Source: a bacterium
Lineage (GTDB): Bacteria > UBA8248
Direction of reading: 5' to 3'
DNA length: 64,000 nt
Assembly (NCBI GenBank): GCA_965213685.1
Contig: CBDBZY010000064.1
Location: 1,344,001-1,408,000 of the forward strand
In this document: positions 26,801 to 40,986 of the stretch, piece after piece
How positions within the stretch are numbered: the first letter of the stretch is position 1
Layout: the number at the start of each line of letters is the position of its first letter
Made by a program: the position numbers and the translations under genes
The notes under the pieces: generated by a model
What the model was told of the DNA's origin: nothing
The model's input: only the letters and a program-made list of their open reading frames with translations
The model's database searches: none

Positions 26801-29479
26801 CCACTATATTGGCATACATGTATAACATTTAGAGGAAGGTACACAGCTACCTTTCTTGAAGTTGGTGCTTGAGTTTTTTAATCTCTGCCTGGTAAGAGGA
26901 AAGGAGAGCTTTTTGAGACATATCTTTGTTCACTAGAGCTGTGTTCTTGATGTTTTTTGCTCTGGATAACCCGAACACACCATATGTCAATGCATTGTAG
27001 CATGAGAGTCGACAATACAACTTTACCGTTTTGCAAATTTCAAAGTGTTAAGACTTTCATTGTAGCAAACAGAAGCTGGAGTAACTGTAGCAATAAGTGT
27101 GGTTTTGCAATTTCCCCCAAGACAATCTTGTAGTAGACGTGTCAACTTCGAGTCACGATATGGTACATGCTTCACACTTGGAGTGGTAAGGGCTGTAACC
27201 ACCTAGTGTGTGATAGTAGGAAAACTTACTACAGCCCTACTAAATGTCTGTTCTGGATTCGCAACTAGTGTATGCTACATACACTAAATATACAACAAGG
27301 TGTACCTTAGACAAGGTGTGGAGTGACACATTGATATTTTTGGTTTCTTCCTGCTGCTTACTTTGAGCATCCATGTCAAGTCTACAGTACAGTAGTGGAA
27401 TTTACATGCATGGTGCACATTGCATGTACATGCAGTTGCCACTCAGATCACTCATGACATGATATCAACGGTTAAAACAAGATGGGAAATTGGGTATTTC
27501 TGTATTGGTGGTTCACATATACACACAGTAAAATACTTTTAAAAATATAGATGCCTGGAACTCAAAAAAACCCTCCCAGTAAGGTGCACATATACATGTA
27601 CATGCAGTCTAGGGTACCATAAATACAATGTACATGTAGATTAAATGAAGGGTGGATGAAACAATCAAAGCAGCAATCCACCCTCCATATATGTATATAC
27701 CTATCAACATACCACTCCCTCATAAGTAGCTGGAAAATGTAACAACACAAACATCATATCACTTGCTGAGAGTGTGATTCATAGAAACCATGCATACATG
27801 AATGTATTGACTGATCTACGTACAACTTAGCCAACTGAAGCCCACCTCTCTGATCCTGCAAGATCAACAAGTCTCAGTTTTCCAATGGTAGTCACACTTC
27901 CTCCAGCACCATCATGTTCTGCATGCTCCACAATAATCGTGAATACAGCATGGCTACGGCTACTCTCCTAAAGAACAAGAGTACATAGGTAAATGATGCA
28001 GTACAATGTGTTGCTATTATCACTGAAGAATTTGCAAAACTAATAGGTTTGCATATACGTACCTTGTTCATTTTAGTCATAGCTGTAATCCGTAGATGAG
28101 CACCAATCTGTAACAGTCTCATTACTTCAGCTGTATTGCGCACAACATGTTCAGAAAGACTCTCCACGTACACCCCTCCGACACCATCTTCCCTCATTTT
28201 CAGACTCTCTTTGCGAGGATCCTGAAACAACCATATACATACATGTATGAATCCAATGTCAATTACAAGAGACTTCCTATATGTAGAGGCTTTACCAACA
28301 AATCTGATATCTTCTCATTGTAGATTTCTACGAAGGATGTACGTACAAGAAACTGCTCACTTTTATTTGCACATGTTCGTATGTCTAGTCACAGTCAAGG
28401 ATATAAGTTATAAACAGTAGCACAACAGTACAGATGAAAATGTAGATAGGATATGAGAAAATATCAGCTCTGTAGCTCTGGGAATAATTCCTCTTGTGTC
28501 ATCATCACCTCCTTCAATTGTGTAGGTTTTTCCAGAACCTAAACCATGAAAACATACAGTGATGACATGTGTTGTACTGTTTCTACATAAATAGTTCACT
28601 GATCAGGGGTGTAGCTAGGGGGGAAGGGGTTTGGATGAACCCCTTTTTTGCTTTAGTTCTGGTGACTCTGGTAGCTTGGATGGTGTGGCTGAGATGACAT
28701 CATGTAGTTTAGCCCAACATGCGAGTAATAGCTAGTTGCTAAAATGGTTGGCCAGTGTAAAGTCTAGAGACACGTTGAAGCAGAAGCTGTTTCTAGAAAT
28801 TTAAACTATACAGATTGCCCTATGAAGCAAACCTACAGTCCTGGCTACACCCCAGCTCATATGTACGTAAAGACAAATCCCAAAGTTCATGAAATGCTGG
28901 CGCATTACACTTGCTAACATCGGATAACAGGTGTATGAAGGTACTTGAGGACAGATCCTTTAAAAACACACCAGTTTGGCCACTGGCAATGATACTGCCA
29001 TTGTATCCCTCCAGTACAGATGTCACTACATCATGGGCACAGCATTTGAAGACATCCTCTTGGGTATTACTACAGAAGTATAGCAAGTCTTTTTCACTTT
29101 AGTACAATCAAGAGTGCATAATATACACTCTTGGTACAATGAACACAAAATTTACCTTGAACCAAGAGCTAGATCAAACGAGAAATTTTGGACAACGCTT
29201 TGGTCATTAGGAACTAACTGTCCCAAGTCCTCAATGCCAATTCTGGAAGACGGTCTCCTTTGTAGATCAGGTTTTTTGATAATTACTGTCTTATGTGCCG
29301 CGTCCACCTCTACACACTATTAGTGCAAGAGTACGAAGTCTTTGGATCAAGGACAGCACCGTAGCTAGATTGCTTTCTCCACTCACCTGCTCAGATGCCG
29401 CGGTCACCTCTCTGGGAATCAACGGTCTAACTCTTACAGCTACAATGAAATTGTCTCGTCTTTTTCCAGCGGTGTCCAT
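23851..29479 (-). CDS. Kinesin with N-terminal motor domain and coiled-coil stalk, kinesin-2 (KIF3)-like; about 17 exons, 3' end uncertain
   Basis: ATG at 29479. Spliced exons give [37 protein letters not shown] (P-loop), [28 protein letters not shown] (switch I), [12 protein letters not shown] (switch II), [40 protein letters not shown], then coiled-coil exons down to [21 protein letters not shown] (24138-24222). Confidence 0.92.
24260..24315. mobile_element. 56-bp minimal P-like MITE (two fused TIRs) in a kinesin intron
   Basis: caggagcccataagcaccgcaaagtgg...ccactttgcggtgcttatgggctcccg; flanks ggatgaa / gtatgaa. Confidence 0.75.
24880..25225 (+). mobile_element. Penelope-like element fragment (GIY-YIG endonuclease region), degenerate, intronic
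   Basis: Translates [10 protein letters not shown]...[58 protein letters not shown]...LLESWY. Confidence 0.75.
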
Positions 29480-29700
29480 GTTCTTGAGCTTAGAAGAGGT
29501 TCACGGCTAGGAAGGGTGGGGCTCGCTCGCAAAAACAAATAGGTGGACCACACCCACACCATGGCCTCGCTAGCCGCTACGCGCTAGGCCGGCCATAGAG
29601 AATTCTTGTGCGCGCGCATTACGTCACTAGGATGGGTAAGGTACTAGGTACTAGGTAGAGGCTGGGGTTCCGGACAAATTTTGTAGTGGCTTCCGTATTC
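29480..29700 (-). promoter_or_regulatory. Probable kinesin promoter (CpG-rich)
   Basis: CpG-dense stretch directly upstream of the kinesin ATG, with gcgcgcgcattacgtcac (CRE-like) near 29610-29627. Based on position only. Confidence 0.35.
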
Positions 29701-30239
29701 GGCCCTCTATTTCAAGTGTACTTTGAAACCTTACTGGTATTTATAAGCTCGTGTATGAGTGCGTTAGACCTACGCTCCGGGTCAGGTTTGAGGCAACCTC
29801 TGCGCTGTTGGGCCGAAACTTAGAACGGCGGGGGTTCCCGGACACTCTCGCCTTTGAAAAGACTGCAACCCTAGACTACGCACAAAGATAAGGGCGTTCA
29901 CTCGTGGATAATACATCACCATGGTTCACTTAGCTCTTCTGCAATGGTACAGTAGTCTCGCGTAGCCAGACTTTCTCGGCAAGCGAGAGAGTCTGATGGT
30001 GCAGTGCTGTCTCCCTCGATCGAAACACACGGACAAGACTACACGTAGTCTATATCCGCTATGCCGTGAAAAGACGGTCGAGGGAGACAGCACTGAACCA
30101 TTGCACACACTTGTCTTTGTATCAAAAGCGGTGACTGAAAGCTTATTGAACTCAGCGAAGTGTCCGGGAACCCCCGTCCCCCTACATGTATTAGCGAGCC
30201 CTTCTTCCCTGGCAGCGAAACCTTCATGAGCTCAAGCAC

Positions 30240-31680
30240 TTTTAGTCACCAATGTCTCGACCAGCACTATAAAGCTGAGTTTGGATCACAGCAAATGGCC
30301 TATCCGTCTCCGATCTTGGACTGAACTCTTTGAAAACCTACACACAGTGGAGTGCTACTCACTTATAGATTGGCACACCCAAAGTCAAAATTCTTTGCAC
30401 TAAAGAGAGCAACTGCTCTGGCCACCAATACTGAACAGTGAGGAAGATCCAGAGATAGCTAAGACGGTGTGATAATTCATACCCCAAGGAAAGCAACCAA
30501 AGAAAAAGCCGCAGCTGGAATATTTGGAGCCTGCCACAGTGAATGACCCCAAGGGAGTGCTCTGGGAAACAACTGGTTCCTGACATGCCCTTTGAACTGA
30601 GGATCAATATTGGGGAAGATTCAAAAGATTGCCACAAATCCCTAGTGCCCATGGTACATGTATAACCTATAATTGTAGCCCATAGTTGCGGTTGTCTTCA
30701 AAGACACCACACTAGTGGTAAATCCTGTATTCCAGCTGCATGCTGAGGCAATACTCATATTCAGTCCCCAGAATGTGCGGTAACGTTAATTAAGTGAATA
30801 TCGATATTCTCTGGGCTCATGGGCAGTCGCTAGGCTACAAATAGGTTAACGCCTGGTTTTATCTTCAGCAGTACAGAATATCCCCTCAGCTGTTTACTCG
30901 GGTATATCAGTCCTGTACCGCTTCAGAACCAGTATACTTATCATAGTACACATTATATATATTTTTCCCTCTTCTTTCCTGTATTGCGTCATTTATGTTC
31001 TCTCCCACTTTCATCCTGTCATTCTAATTCTATTTCTACTTGCACCTCGGTTTTCTATTCAGCTATAAGTAACTTGTCTTACGCATCCAGCAACATCTCA
31101 TACATTCTTCCATTCTTGTCAGTTCTTGTCTTTTTTCTGTCAACTTGTCTTTCTGTGACTTTTTGCCTGAAGAATCCCAGAGCAAAATGCTGCAATTCAA
31201 AGTTTAGAGGGAGTATATGCAGCTCCGGTATTATATTACCATGCTCATCTTGTGAACCATTACATCCCCTGTGGTTTAAGAGGTAAGTATTGTGGTGCTA
31301 TTTTCCTTAAAAGTTTGTATGGACAGGTATCCTCTTGGAAGTCCAGAGTGATCTTGTCTTTTCATCCACGTGGCATTTCAATAGAGTGCCTATATGTGGC
31401 TCCTGAGTTAATGTGCTCCATTCCCTTCTCTGCTTCAAAAAGGTCTGGTTAATTGCATTATGTGTTGTAGCCATGAAGTCCAAAATTGTGGATTGTTGAT
31501 GCTGTTAATAGTCCCTGATCCATCACGAGTGGCGCTAGTGCTGATGCAATCAGTGCTGTGCTACTACTCTTTTTTTCTCTCATGTTTTCCTCGCTTGTGA
31601 TTCATTGCCGGCAGTAACAGTAACAGCTCATACCACGCAGGCTTGCCGAGTCTAGTTGGGAGCTACAAAAACGCGTCTTT
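30240..31680 (-). mobile_element. Highly degenerate LINE 5' region (ORF1-like and start of APE endonuclease)
   Basis: Reverse strand gives ...QSKIGD...SFIVLVET..., resembling the APE N-terminal motif; many stops. Confidence 0.35.
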
Positions 31681-31780
31681 CCCATTACATAAGCTTAAAG
31701 TGTCTAACCATAGATATTATACACGGAACCAAGAAATCAGTATCTATTTTCATGCTTTCCAATCTCTTCTTCCATAATAT

Positions 31781-32376
31781 CAGGAGCTTATGAGCGGCGA
31801 AGCCGCGAAGGAGCGTGTAACTCGGTTCCATCCAAATCCTGATTAGTTACGTAGTTCCGTTTTAATGACGTATATTACGCGTCGTGCGGTTTGACACCTA
31901 GTATACTTTGCGTGCGGGCAGTGCAGCAGCGCGAGAAAAGGCTGGCAGCACTCCACCACCGTCCAATAAGAGGCTGGAAGTGATCTCCGACGAAGAAGCG
32001 ACGCTTACGGAAGAAGGAAACGGTGGAGCTCCGTCGGTGTTCGTTGTCGATCGAGCCTCCGCGTTCTAAAAGAAGGCGCCCCGGAGCGGTTTGGTGTCCC
32101 GGCATCGTCAAATCTACCACGCTTTTGCGGCAAACTGCTAGCGTTGTCACTCGCCTAGCTATCTAGGTTAGCCTCCGAGTGAGTGAAAAAATTTCTCAGA
32201 TCGCTATCACGGAATGCGTAGGTGGCGCAGGGTGCGTCACTCTGACGCTTGATTGAACGAGTGGTTTCCATATTTGGAAGTTAGCTGGCTAATGATTTGG
32301 ATTGGGATGGCACCCAGGTCTAGGTGTAGGCGGTAGTTACACGCTCCTTCGTGGCTTCGCCGCTCATAAGCTCCTG
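31781..32376. mobile_element. MITE with CAGG termini and TIRs of about 42 bp
   Basis: caggagcttatgagcggcgaagccgcgaaggagcgtgtaact / agttacacgctccttcgtggcttcgccgctcataagctcctg. TIR resembles the P-like family, but no clean TSD. Confidence 0.75.
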
Positions 32377-32948
32377 ATATCTATAGTGTAACTGCTCCGG
32401 CTTCAGTTGTGGGTCTTGCCATTCCATATTATGTTGTATATAGACCATACTGAATGACCGCAGTGAACTCCTCTTTCTAGAACAAGCTGGCTGACCATAC
32501 CTAGAGTGATGGGAACATGTACTACGGAGGATTTGATACTGGAAAGGTAAGTGGAAACGTGCACCGATTCCCAGGCTTGGGAACGAGGCTAAGTACATGT
32601 AGGACTTGCAGAAGCGCAAAAGTACGCTAATACATGTGGTAGTAATTAACCCTATCATTAGCCCTGTACCCACTACCCAGGCATTCCGCAGACGACCTCG
32701 GCACGAGTGGGTAGCTTATCCATAGGCTTGTAGTTTTCTCGGGTGAACTTGTTCCTTCAGAGGCCCAGCCTCCCCCCACTAGGCGCGCCCTTCACAACGA
32801 AAGCGCTTTTGAAACCGCAGGGAACAGAATCACAGCCTTTCACATTTGTCCACAATACAACTGCTAACCTAATATTCCAATAGTTTTTCTAGTATGTACA
32901 GTCCGTCTAATAGACATGTTAATAAAAAGTTAGGTGTGGTGGAACAGT

Positions 32949-33702
32949 CTATTCTCGGGCAATGCTCTGGCCACCTGGCGCTTTGACTTCCTGCAAGGGA
33001 AAAGGAGAACGTGTGCATTACAACTCGTCCTAGTATGATATCTAGGTTCAGGTTTTTTACCTGTGCCTCCTGTACAAGGGCACACAGTCCACAGCACCAG
33101 GCGCACAGAAGGTCCTTGAAGCAAGAGCCCTGCAATACAATAGGTGACATTAGTGAAGGGGCATTCAAACGAACAATCAGGGAGTAGCACTTAGCGCATA
33201 CGAGTACCTTGTACCCCTGTTTCAGGCAAGTATGGGTATACAACTTTGTACACTAATCTATCACTAGCTATCACGCACCTTACCTTCAATCAAAGCACCT
33301 ATCTACTTGCCCTGAGCCCGAAGACAAACACTCAAACTAGCCCCGCAACCATTCATTGTGCAACCCGCTCCGCGAAACTCGCAGTGCAGGGCGGAATCAT
33401 TGCAAACGTACCTCGATTCCCTTCTGTTCACGGATCTTGCCTCGAATGGAGACACGGGTCCATAGGTTCAGACCTGGAACGAACTGTGAAAGAGCGCAGA
33501 GCACGCAACTGTCTCCCACAGCCTCGGCGTTCTTCCCGAACACATAGCAAGGGCAGAAATATGAGATGATACCTACGGCAAGAAAGGGGGACAAGTAACT
33601 GCACGCGCCAAGAAGAGCAGCAATCAAGAAGGGCACTGCCAACTCACAGGTTGAGCAGTCATTGAAGCACCCGAAGATTCCGTTGCTCCACTCGCGAGAC
33701 AT
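32949..33702 (-). CDS. PLAC8/cornifelin-family cysteine-rich protein (about 108 aa), 4 exons: 33702-33648, 33572-33412, 33129-33061, 32990-32949
   Basis: MSREWSNGIFGCFNDCSTCIISYFCPCYVFGKNAE...RGKIREQKGIEGSCFKDLLCAWCCGLCALVQEAQEVKAPGGQSIARE*. All introns GT-AG and in phase; PLAC8 motifs W..G.F.C..D, CPC, R..IR...GI.GS, C..CAL.QE. Confidence 0.93.
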
Positions 33703-35297
33703 TCTGTCGAACTTCTTTCACACTTCGAGGACAGTACAGAAGAGAGTTGCAAATCCGAGACAAACGCACAACTGAGAAGAATTCGGGGGAACGCGTGCTA
33801 AAGGCAGTCTGTCTACATTCCTCACATACCAGGCGCCACACATCAAAGCGGTTGGGGGGCAACGAATCAGTTGGGGCTTACCCAAACAGCAATATACGGA
33901 GCATATATAACAATAGCCGGAGATATACAGAAAAAGCCACACCTTAGCACTTCCTGCTACACCCTTTCTTGGAGACGAGGCCTGCACTAACATGGCGACT
34001 GGCCGCCTAACAGAGCCCATACTTACATATGGCCGAAATGTTTTGGTAGGCGTCTAAGTGCCACTTGTATGCCATAGCTTCACTACAGAACCTTTAGCCA
34101 CTCTCTCAACCACCTTTCAATAGCTACATTGGGTTGATGTATAGTTCGGGACACGGCCAGTATCGCAGCCCCACCCATTCTTCGGATTATCCCTGTACAG
34201 CCACATTGCCAATGCACCGAAGCGTGGAGCTTTGTGGTCAATGCATGGTTAATTGCATTTTGAGTGCGTGTACTGGAACATCAAGCATGTGAACAGGTAG
34301 ACAATTCAGCAACAACTACAGTACGTTTGTATTTAGTAGGGAGTTGATTCAACGTGCCTAGTCAAAGTTGACCTAATGTGCACCAATAAGGCAACAATTG
34401 ATAATTGATGCAGAATGGCTCAGGTGAGCTCAAATGTTATAGGATACATACTGTGCAAACACTGCAAATTACACAATTAGGACTGCGTGTTTTACAGAGC
34501 TAGCCTACCAACATACTTGCCAGGAAGATTTGTGTACCCTTGTGCTACCATAGTAAGACCCACAAGTCAGATGAAGACCTACTATGCCTTAGTACTTTGC
34601 CCTGAATCTCCCACTCCTCCCCTTCACCCCCTCCCCACCCTGACTCTGAGGTGTGATGTGTAGTATAAGTGCACAGCCCTTGAATGTCATCACCATAGCA
34701 CAATTAGCACTGGTAGTTCCCCCATGAATAAATTCACCTGGTGAGATCATCAGTGCCTCCACACACACACACAAGGGTAGTCATAACTAGTATCTGATGC
34801 CCTCCAGTTCAATGTGTAACACCTCCAGATGGAGTAACTGATAAGGTCAGCTAGCTCACTTCTGCCTACAGTGCAAAATCCTAATTCACACCATATTGAA
34901 AGAGTGACCCCAACAAGGTAATTGCAAGGCAATATACTTACCTGTTAAAATTGTGTACACACATCAGATAGTCTTATCTTATACCTACATCTATACAGCT
35001 AGAACACTGTGGGCCTCTACAGACACTTTGCCGTAGGAAGGTCAATGAAGCTTTAAACAAGGTTCTAGTGTGGCAGTATGGAAAGATGTTGAACACAAGT
35101 TTCATAAACAAATGTAGCCCCACAGTCTCTATCAACATTCTTTTTTTCATGGCAGCAGTAGTATTATACATTTCCAGAGTCAGCAGAGTCTATCAGATGA
35201 GAGAAGATATGTCCATGTAGTTGCCATCATTCTTACCTTACATGTACTATCATACCTACGTCTGGTTGTGCATGTATGGGAGTTATGGCACTTGATG

Positions 35298-35349
<52 letters not shown>

Positions 35350-36921
35350 ATGTGCGCTTGTGCATGATTGTTAGCAACCTGGAGAACAGGATTAGCATTT
35401 TAGGTTCTCAAAACCTGGAAGTTATAGAACTTACGGGCCCAGTGGGTGTACATCAATTTCAAGAGTGTGTAAACATATTCAAAATGGCAGAAATGTGGGG
35501 AAAACAAAAGAACAAACCCTAAGACTTTGTGTCATACATACATGTACACTGAGCTGAAACAGTCTGACCAAAAATGTAGGCCTACATACGTAGCTCATAT
35601 GGTAGGGTGTGAACTTACAGAAAGCTTAGAGTTTGTAGTCACCTGAAAGATGCTGTAGAAGGAGACCTAAAAAGATGATACTTGTTCAGTACTTACATGT
35701 ATTTCATGGTCAAATGCATACATGTAGAGTAGCAGTGTTGTTGATCACATGTTGTGGACATCTTCACACTTTTGCATCACAAACCAAACACTGTCCACAA
35801 TTACACCATTACATATGGGAGCATGGACTCAAAGTTGGGTAGGAAATGCATGTGAGCAACAAGGCATAATGCATTCATTCTTAATTAGATACAGAGATTA
35901 AAAGAGTGCATGGACTGAATATTTTGTTCTGGCACACCATATGCTAGTTCCCGCAACAAGTTATACAGGTAAACCAAATGCAGTACCCCTTGGACCATTG
36001 TGACCTAAACACGTGGCTTGGCTTTAGAAAAGCACAACTGTGGATACAAAAGGTGCACTATTGCAGTATCTGTCAACTCTTCAGTCTAGTCAAATTTCCC
36101 CTGTTCCTCTTCTTGTTTGTTCTTGTCTATCTGCTTCTAGCTGTTTTCCCTTCTCTGTATCTGTTCTCTTCACTTGCTGCTCAGTTCTGAATCACGAATG
36201 TTCTTCCCTCCAATGTTGTTTTCTTTTCACATCTTCCTCTTTTTGTGTGCTCACATTAGTTGTTAGTACACTGGCTCTTCTGAACTGTTTTCATTGTTCT
36301 TTTCAGAGCTGAGCTGAAATTGCAGGTCAATTAATGATATCTTCCATGCACATGTCATACTAAACCTCTACTTGTGTTGTGGACACACTCTGACCATCTA
36401 GTGAGAGTTTGAATCAGGTACTTCAGACGGTACAAGTACCTTACTAAACTGAATTCAAGAATTGTTGTATAGCGTCTAAGGCCTGGATCAACATTGATTA
36501 CACTTCTAATATCTGAATATGTATGTTGTGAAGATTAGGGTCATGCATGAATAGGAAGTGAAAACAAATCTCTCTCTATATGATATCCCTCAACAAGAAG
36601 AGAAAGGCAGATGAATTTGTGATGGTTCTAAGGGCCAAGTGTAAAAAAAGGCATGCTTTGTGGGGCTCATTAAGGCTTGCAATGTGAGCTACGTACGTTC
36701 TCAGTAGATGAGACCCATTCTTTCACCTTCTCTTGTGAATCTCAACAACATATCTTGAACCAACCCCAATACATAATTATGTTGTCTGCTGTGATGTTCA
36801 CCCCAATGTAGCAAACACATGTATAACTCACTGGCATTTAGTCTTTCTTGACAATGAATCATGACTGGATAGACATTACAAACGACCTCATTTGCCCAGC
36901 ATTTGTGGAAATGTATTAGAC

Positions 36922-37016
36922 CAGGAGCTCATAAGTGCCTCGAAGTGGCACTAATGGACTTCTGGTCACATTTCCACAGATGGTTGGTGCCGCTTTGCAG
37001 CACTTATGGGCTCCTG
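36922..37016. mobile_element. P-like MITE with 7-bp TSD
   Basis: attagac|caggagctcataagtgc ... gcacttatgggctcctg|attagac. Confidence 0.8.
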
Positions 37017-39914
37017 ATTAGACTATGCCAGCCATTGCATTAAGGATGTACTACATCACTGGTCTGAGAACACACCTGAACAGTGAAAGAATTGAGATAG
37101 TTGAGGACAGAAGAATAGTTTGTGCACATGTGAAATTACTGATTTTGATGCAGGTACAAGTGAATACAGCTCAAACGATTAATCATTTCACCTTGAATTC
37201 TATGGGGATCATTTAGAAGATGACAACAGTGCATAAGAAATAAACATCCATCCTGTTAACCTTTGCCTCCTGAATCTCTCCTCTCCCCTGGATGGTACCA
37301 TTAGTTCAGCAGTTTCATTAACAAGTGGCTCGGCAGATCTCTTCCAGCTGGGGATGGAAAATGCTACCTCTGCACATCCTTCATTGTGTGGTTCTCCTGA
37401 TCCATGCAAAGTCTAGCCATGGTCCCTTGAAAGCGTTGCACCAGTTATGTGAGTGACGCGGTTGCTTTCCACCTGATTGCTTTAACAAATGACCTGGAGT
37501 ACATCTGATTGGTGTTAGGGAGCTGTGCTGCCAGACAAGTTATTTGAAAATCCATTATTTCAGTCATGAAGGATGATCTTTGGGAGTATGGATGTTCCTT
37601 TTGACTCGGAGCTTGCCAGGAAACAGGAAGTAAATCTGCTATTCATGTTATCTGGAGAGTCTCTATGAAAGTGAGAACATTGCTGTGTTCCTCATGGGTA
37701 CCTTACTTGCTCCAGTTTTACACATACAGGGAAGATATGTATGTATGCAGCCCTTTATTAGAAGTGAACCATTTTTGTCTTGTAAGGACCATGTAAAAAT
37801 CATGACGTTTGTATGCTATAGTCTAATTTCTTCACTTGATAGAACATAGCCACTAGAAGTTGCAATTGAAAATGACTTCAGGTTGTGCATTTCAGCTGAC
37901 ACATGAGTTATGGTTTGAAGCTGCTCTACTCGGAGTAACAATTTTCATACATTCCATTGCATGTGTTGTAACCCTTCTACTTTCCTTCGTGTGATGCAGT
38001 GCCCCAATGCTGCAATATGGGAGGAACTTGTCACAATCACATCATTTACATATGAGTTGCACTGTTGATAATCTGTCTTCATTCTTTGCACAGGTTCCTT
38101 GTGCATTTTATACCATATGCACACTCCACTCTATTAACCCTTACACATGTGTGGGGGTTAATCTGGTTGGTCTGCGTATATATTGAGGGAGTCTACTTGT
38201 GGACACATTTTCTTGGTAACTGTGGCCACTATGAACTTCAAACTTGAAGAACAGGAAAAGTGTCACAGTACCACAGACCACACTCTTCCACTCAGCACCA
38301 CATAAAATACACTGCATCTTGCTAGCCGATCACCTGTACCTGCCTATTTTTTCATTCAAACGGGAGTCTAGTTCCTGCATATGAAGATACCTTTGAACTC
38401 CATGTTCCCGCTGAACCTATTGCTCAAGACTTGCCTAATTTCACTCGATACTTCTTACTCTCTCTATTACATTCTTCTACACTTGACAAGTACAAACGCA
38501 TGCTAATAATATATTTGCTCCAAGACTTCTGTCCTATTCTCTGAAGTTTAACATTCCACTTTATAGCTGCTTTGGATGCCTCTCTTCTGGCATGAATGCA
38601 AGCTATACAACCATTAAAGTATAACCCTGTCCGTCTGATTTTTTAATATCCCTAAACCTATATTTCCTCTGACTACCTCATTAGATGAACACACAAGGTT
38701 TGTTGTCCTTGCTTCCCCCTAAGAGAATGGACTAAGAACAGTCACCACATTATTATCACTTTTCCAAACCTTTCCAAAGTACTGTACTCCATACTAGGTC
38801 AATCTAATGACTGAAAGAAGTAACAGCCTTAATGTACTTATTTCATGTTGCTGATAACACTATAAAGCTGATTATTTCGAATTACCAATCATCTTTAAAT
38901 GTACATTCTATCCTTCATTATATATACGTAGTCTGAACACACCCCTCCAGTCTGCATACTCCCTCCATTACTCTAAATGTGGCATCAGACCATTACACTT
39001 GCAGCCACACACCACATCTCAATGAGGCGAAAGTGGCTGGAATGTTTCCAACAACCTTTCACCCTGGACATTCATCGGGGGAAGTGGAGTCATGGCCTCC
39101 GGGGGGGATGGGTAGGGCTGATGAGCATTGTATCGCATGACCTGATGGTCCTGGGTAGCAGTATCTAGCCATTAAGATTTCAGATTATTCCAATTTCAAG
39201 AATGGGTGCTCAATTAACTGCAGCTTCTGTGCTAGTTCTGACAAGTTAATATTGTGCATGTATGCATCTGTGTGTGACTGTATGAGTAATGTTATGCTAC
39301 AGATGTAGTAAATTGGTATGTAAGGTATATTGCCACGTGGTCACCCTGTATAAGTGCCTTTGCCTACATTACCATTGTTGTACAAAATTGTGCCTGTGCT
39401 TAGTTTGTACAGACAGAGCACAATGTAAATGGATGACCTGCAGTTATGGAAAGCACACTGGATGCATATATAGTACATATACTCCACATTCACTCCATCA
39501 TTCAGCCAATTGCTTTCCTTTACTGGACACTGCTAAAGGCATTGTAGATTACACCTGATCAGCAAATTAATGCCTTTTCTGCATCACTGTTGCTGGAAAC
39601 GTTAATTTAACAATAAGTTCAGAGAGACCTGTCTCCTGGAATATGAAGTGGTGGTGATATTAGTTATACATGGATTTCAGCGACAGTCATGTGCATAAGG
39701 GATGGTTATGCATGTGTTTCACACGTACGTACTATGCATTAGGAATGTAATAGTGTTGCATGTATTGATGTGGCTCTTTGGTGGCTGCATAAGTTAATGA
39801 ACGTTAAGGAAAACGTCATTTTAGCTGGCTTTCCTACGTATTTCATTGTAAGGTAAACGCTGTGGAATGAATTCTGTTTCTTGCTTTTGTTTGATAAACT
39901 TTCATTTTAAGTAC

Positions 39915-40620
39915 TACCATACCCAGCTGACAAAGGTATAAGTTAGTCTGCTAGTATCAACTGGACTTGATCTGTTAGCTAAATCTTTATATTGCATGTG
40001 CAAACTACCTGGTTGAAGTTGTAGGGTACTACAGCAAAGTTTTGTAGTGCAAATAGCATGGCTAGCAGGCTAACCCAACTGTTGCACCTTTGCAGCTGGG
40101 CATGGTGGTGCTTCCATGACATCATGACATAAGAGTGAGATCCTGTAATTTTGGGTGCAGCTTTTACTCTGCACCTAGCAACTATTAATTTCTGGTTCAC
40201 TACACTGCAGTCAGTTGGAAAAGAGTGTGTTCGAGCAGCATCTAACTTCACTGTACTATTGTGCATTATGAGTTAGCCAGTTCGATACAGTGAGGTAGCT
40301 ACTCTAGCTCAAGGCGGCTAAGAAGCTTGCAAGAACAGTATCCCCCTTTAGTGTGGTCTACTATTTTGTAAGAAAAATGACATGAAATATTTTCTAAAAA
40401 TGTTAAGGGATGTAGGGATGGCTGTGCCAAAAACCACGGCAACTATATAGGTGTAGGGATAGCAGTATGCAGGCCAGACAAGTTATACAAAGACTACACA
40501 AGTATCCCCATCCCTGCATCAACTTTAAAATGCTATTCCCAGTAATCCCATAGCACAACTCACATAATGATGTCAGGTATTAAAAAAGTAGGGATGGGGT
40601 TACTTGTCTGGTCTTTGAAT
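39915..40620 (+). repeat. Composite of interspersed repeat fragments, including a 'tgtagggatgg' hairpin
   Basis: 39915-40090 matches 3213-3365; 40125-40180 matches 3995-4050; 40215-40345 matches 15875-16105; hairpin arms at 40400-40610. Confidence 0.65.
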
Positions 40621-40986
40621 AACATGTCTTGGATATGGAAAGGAAAGCAAACGATGAGGAAGTGTGGCTTGCTCAATATAGAGTTGCACAGTCATTTATT
40701 CATTCAACAAGCTAAAACTGGCAACCACATGTAGGTGTTTGAAGTAATAAATTTCATTACCGACAAAAAATTGATGTAAAACAATAATTATAAAATTCAA
40801 TTCATTATTCTCATTACTATAGAACTAGAGGTAAACGATTAGCAATTACAGTACTTGTATTGTGTGCACGATACAGGCACGTCACTGCGACTCACGTGCG
40901 TCCCCGCTATATAATTTACTGCATGCAGCTAGCTGCAAGTATATACTTATGCCCAAAAGAAGTCTGTTGTGCGATTCGCCAAAGCA

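Noticed and set aside
35750-38700. Possible decayed transposase or Helitron coding region
   Set aside because: Coding-like composition but stops in the frames I read and no motif I could identify with confidence.
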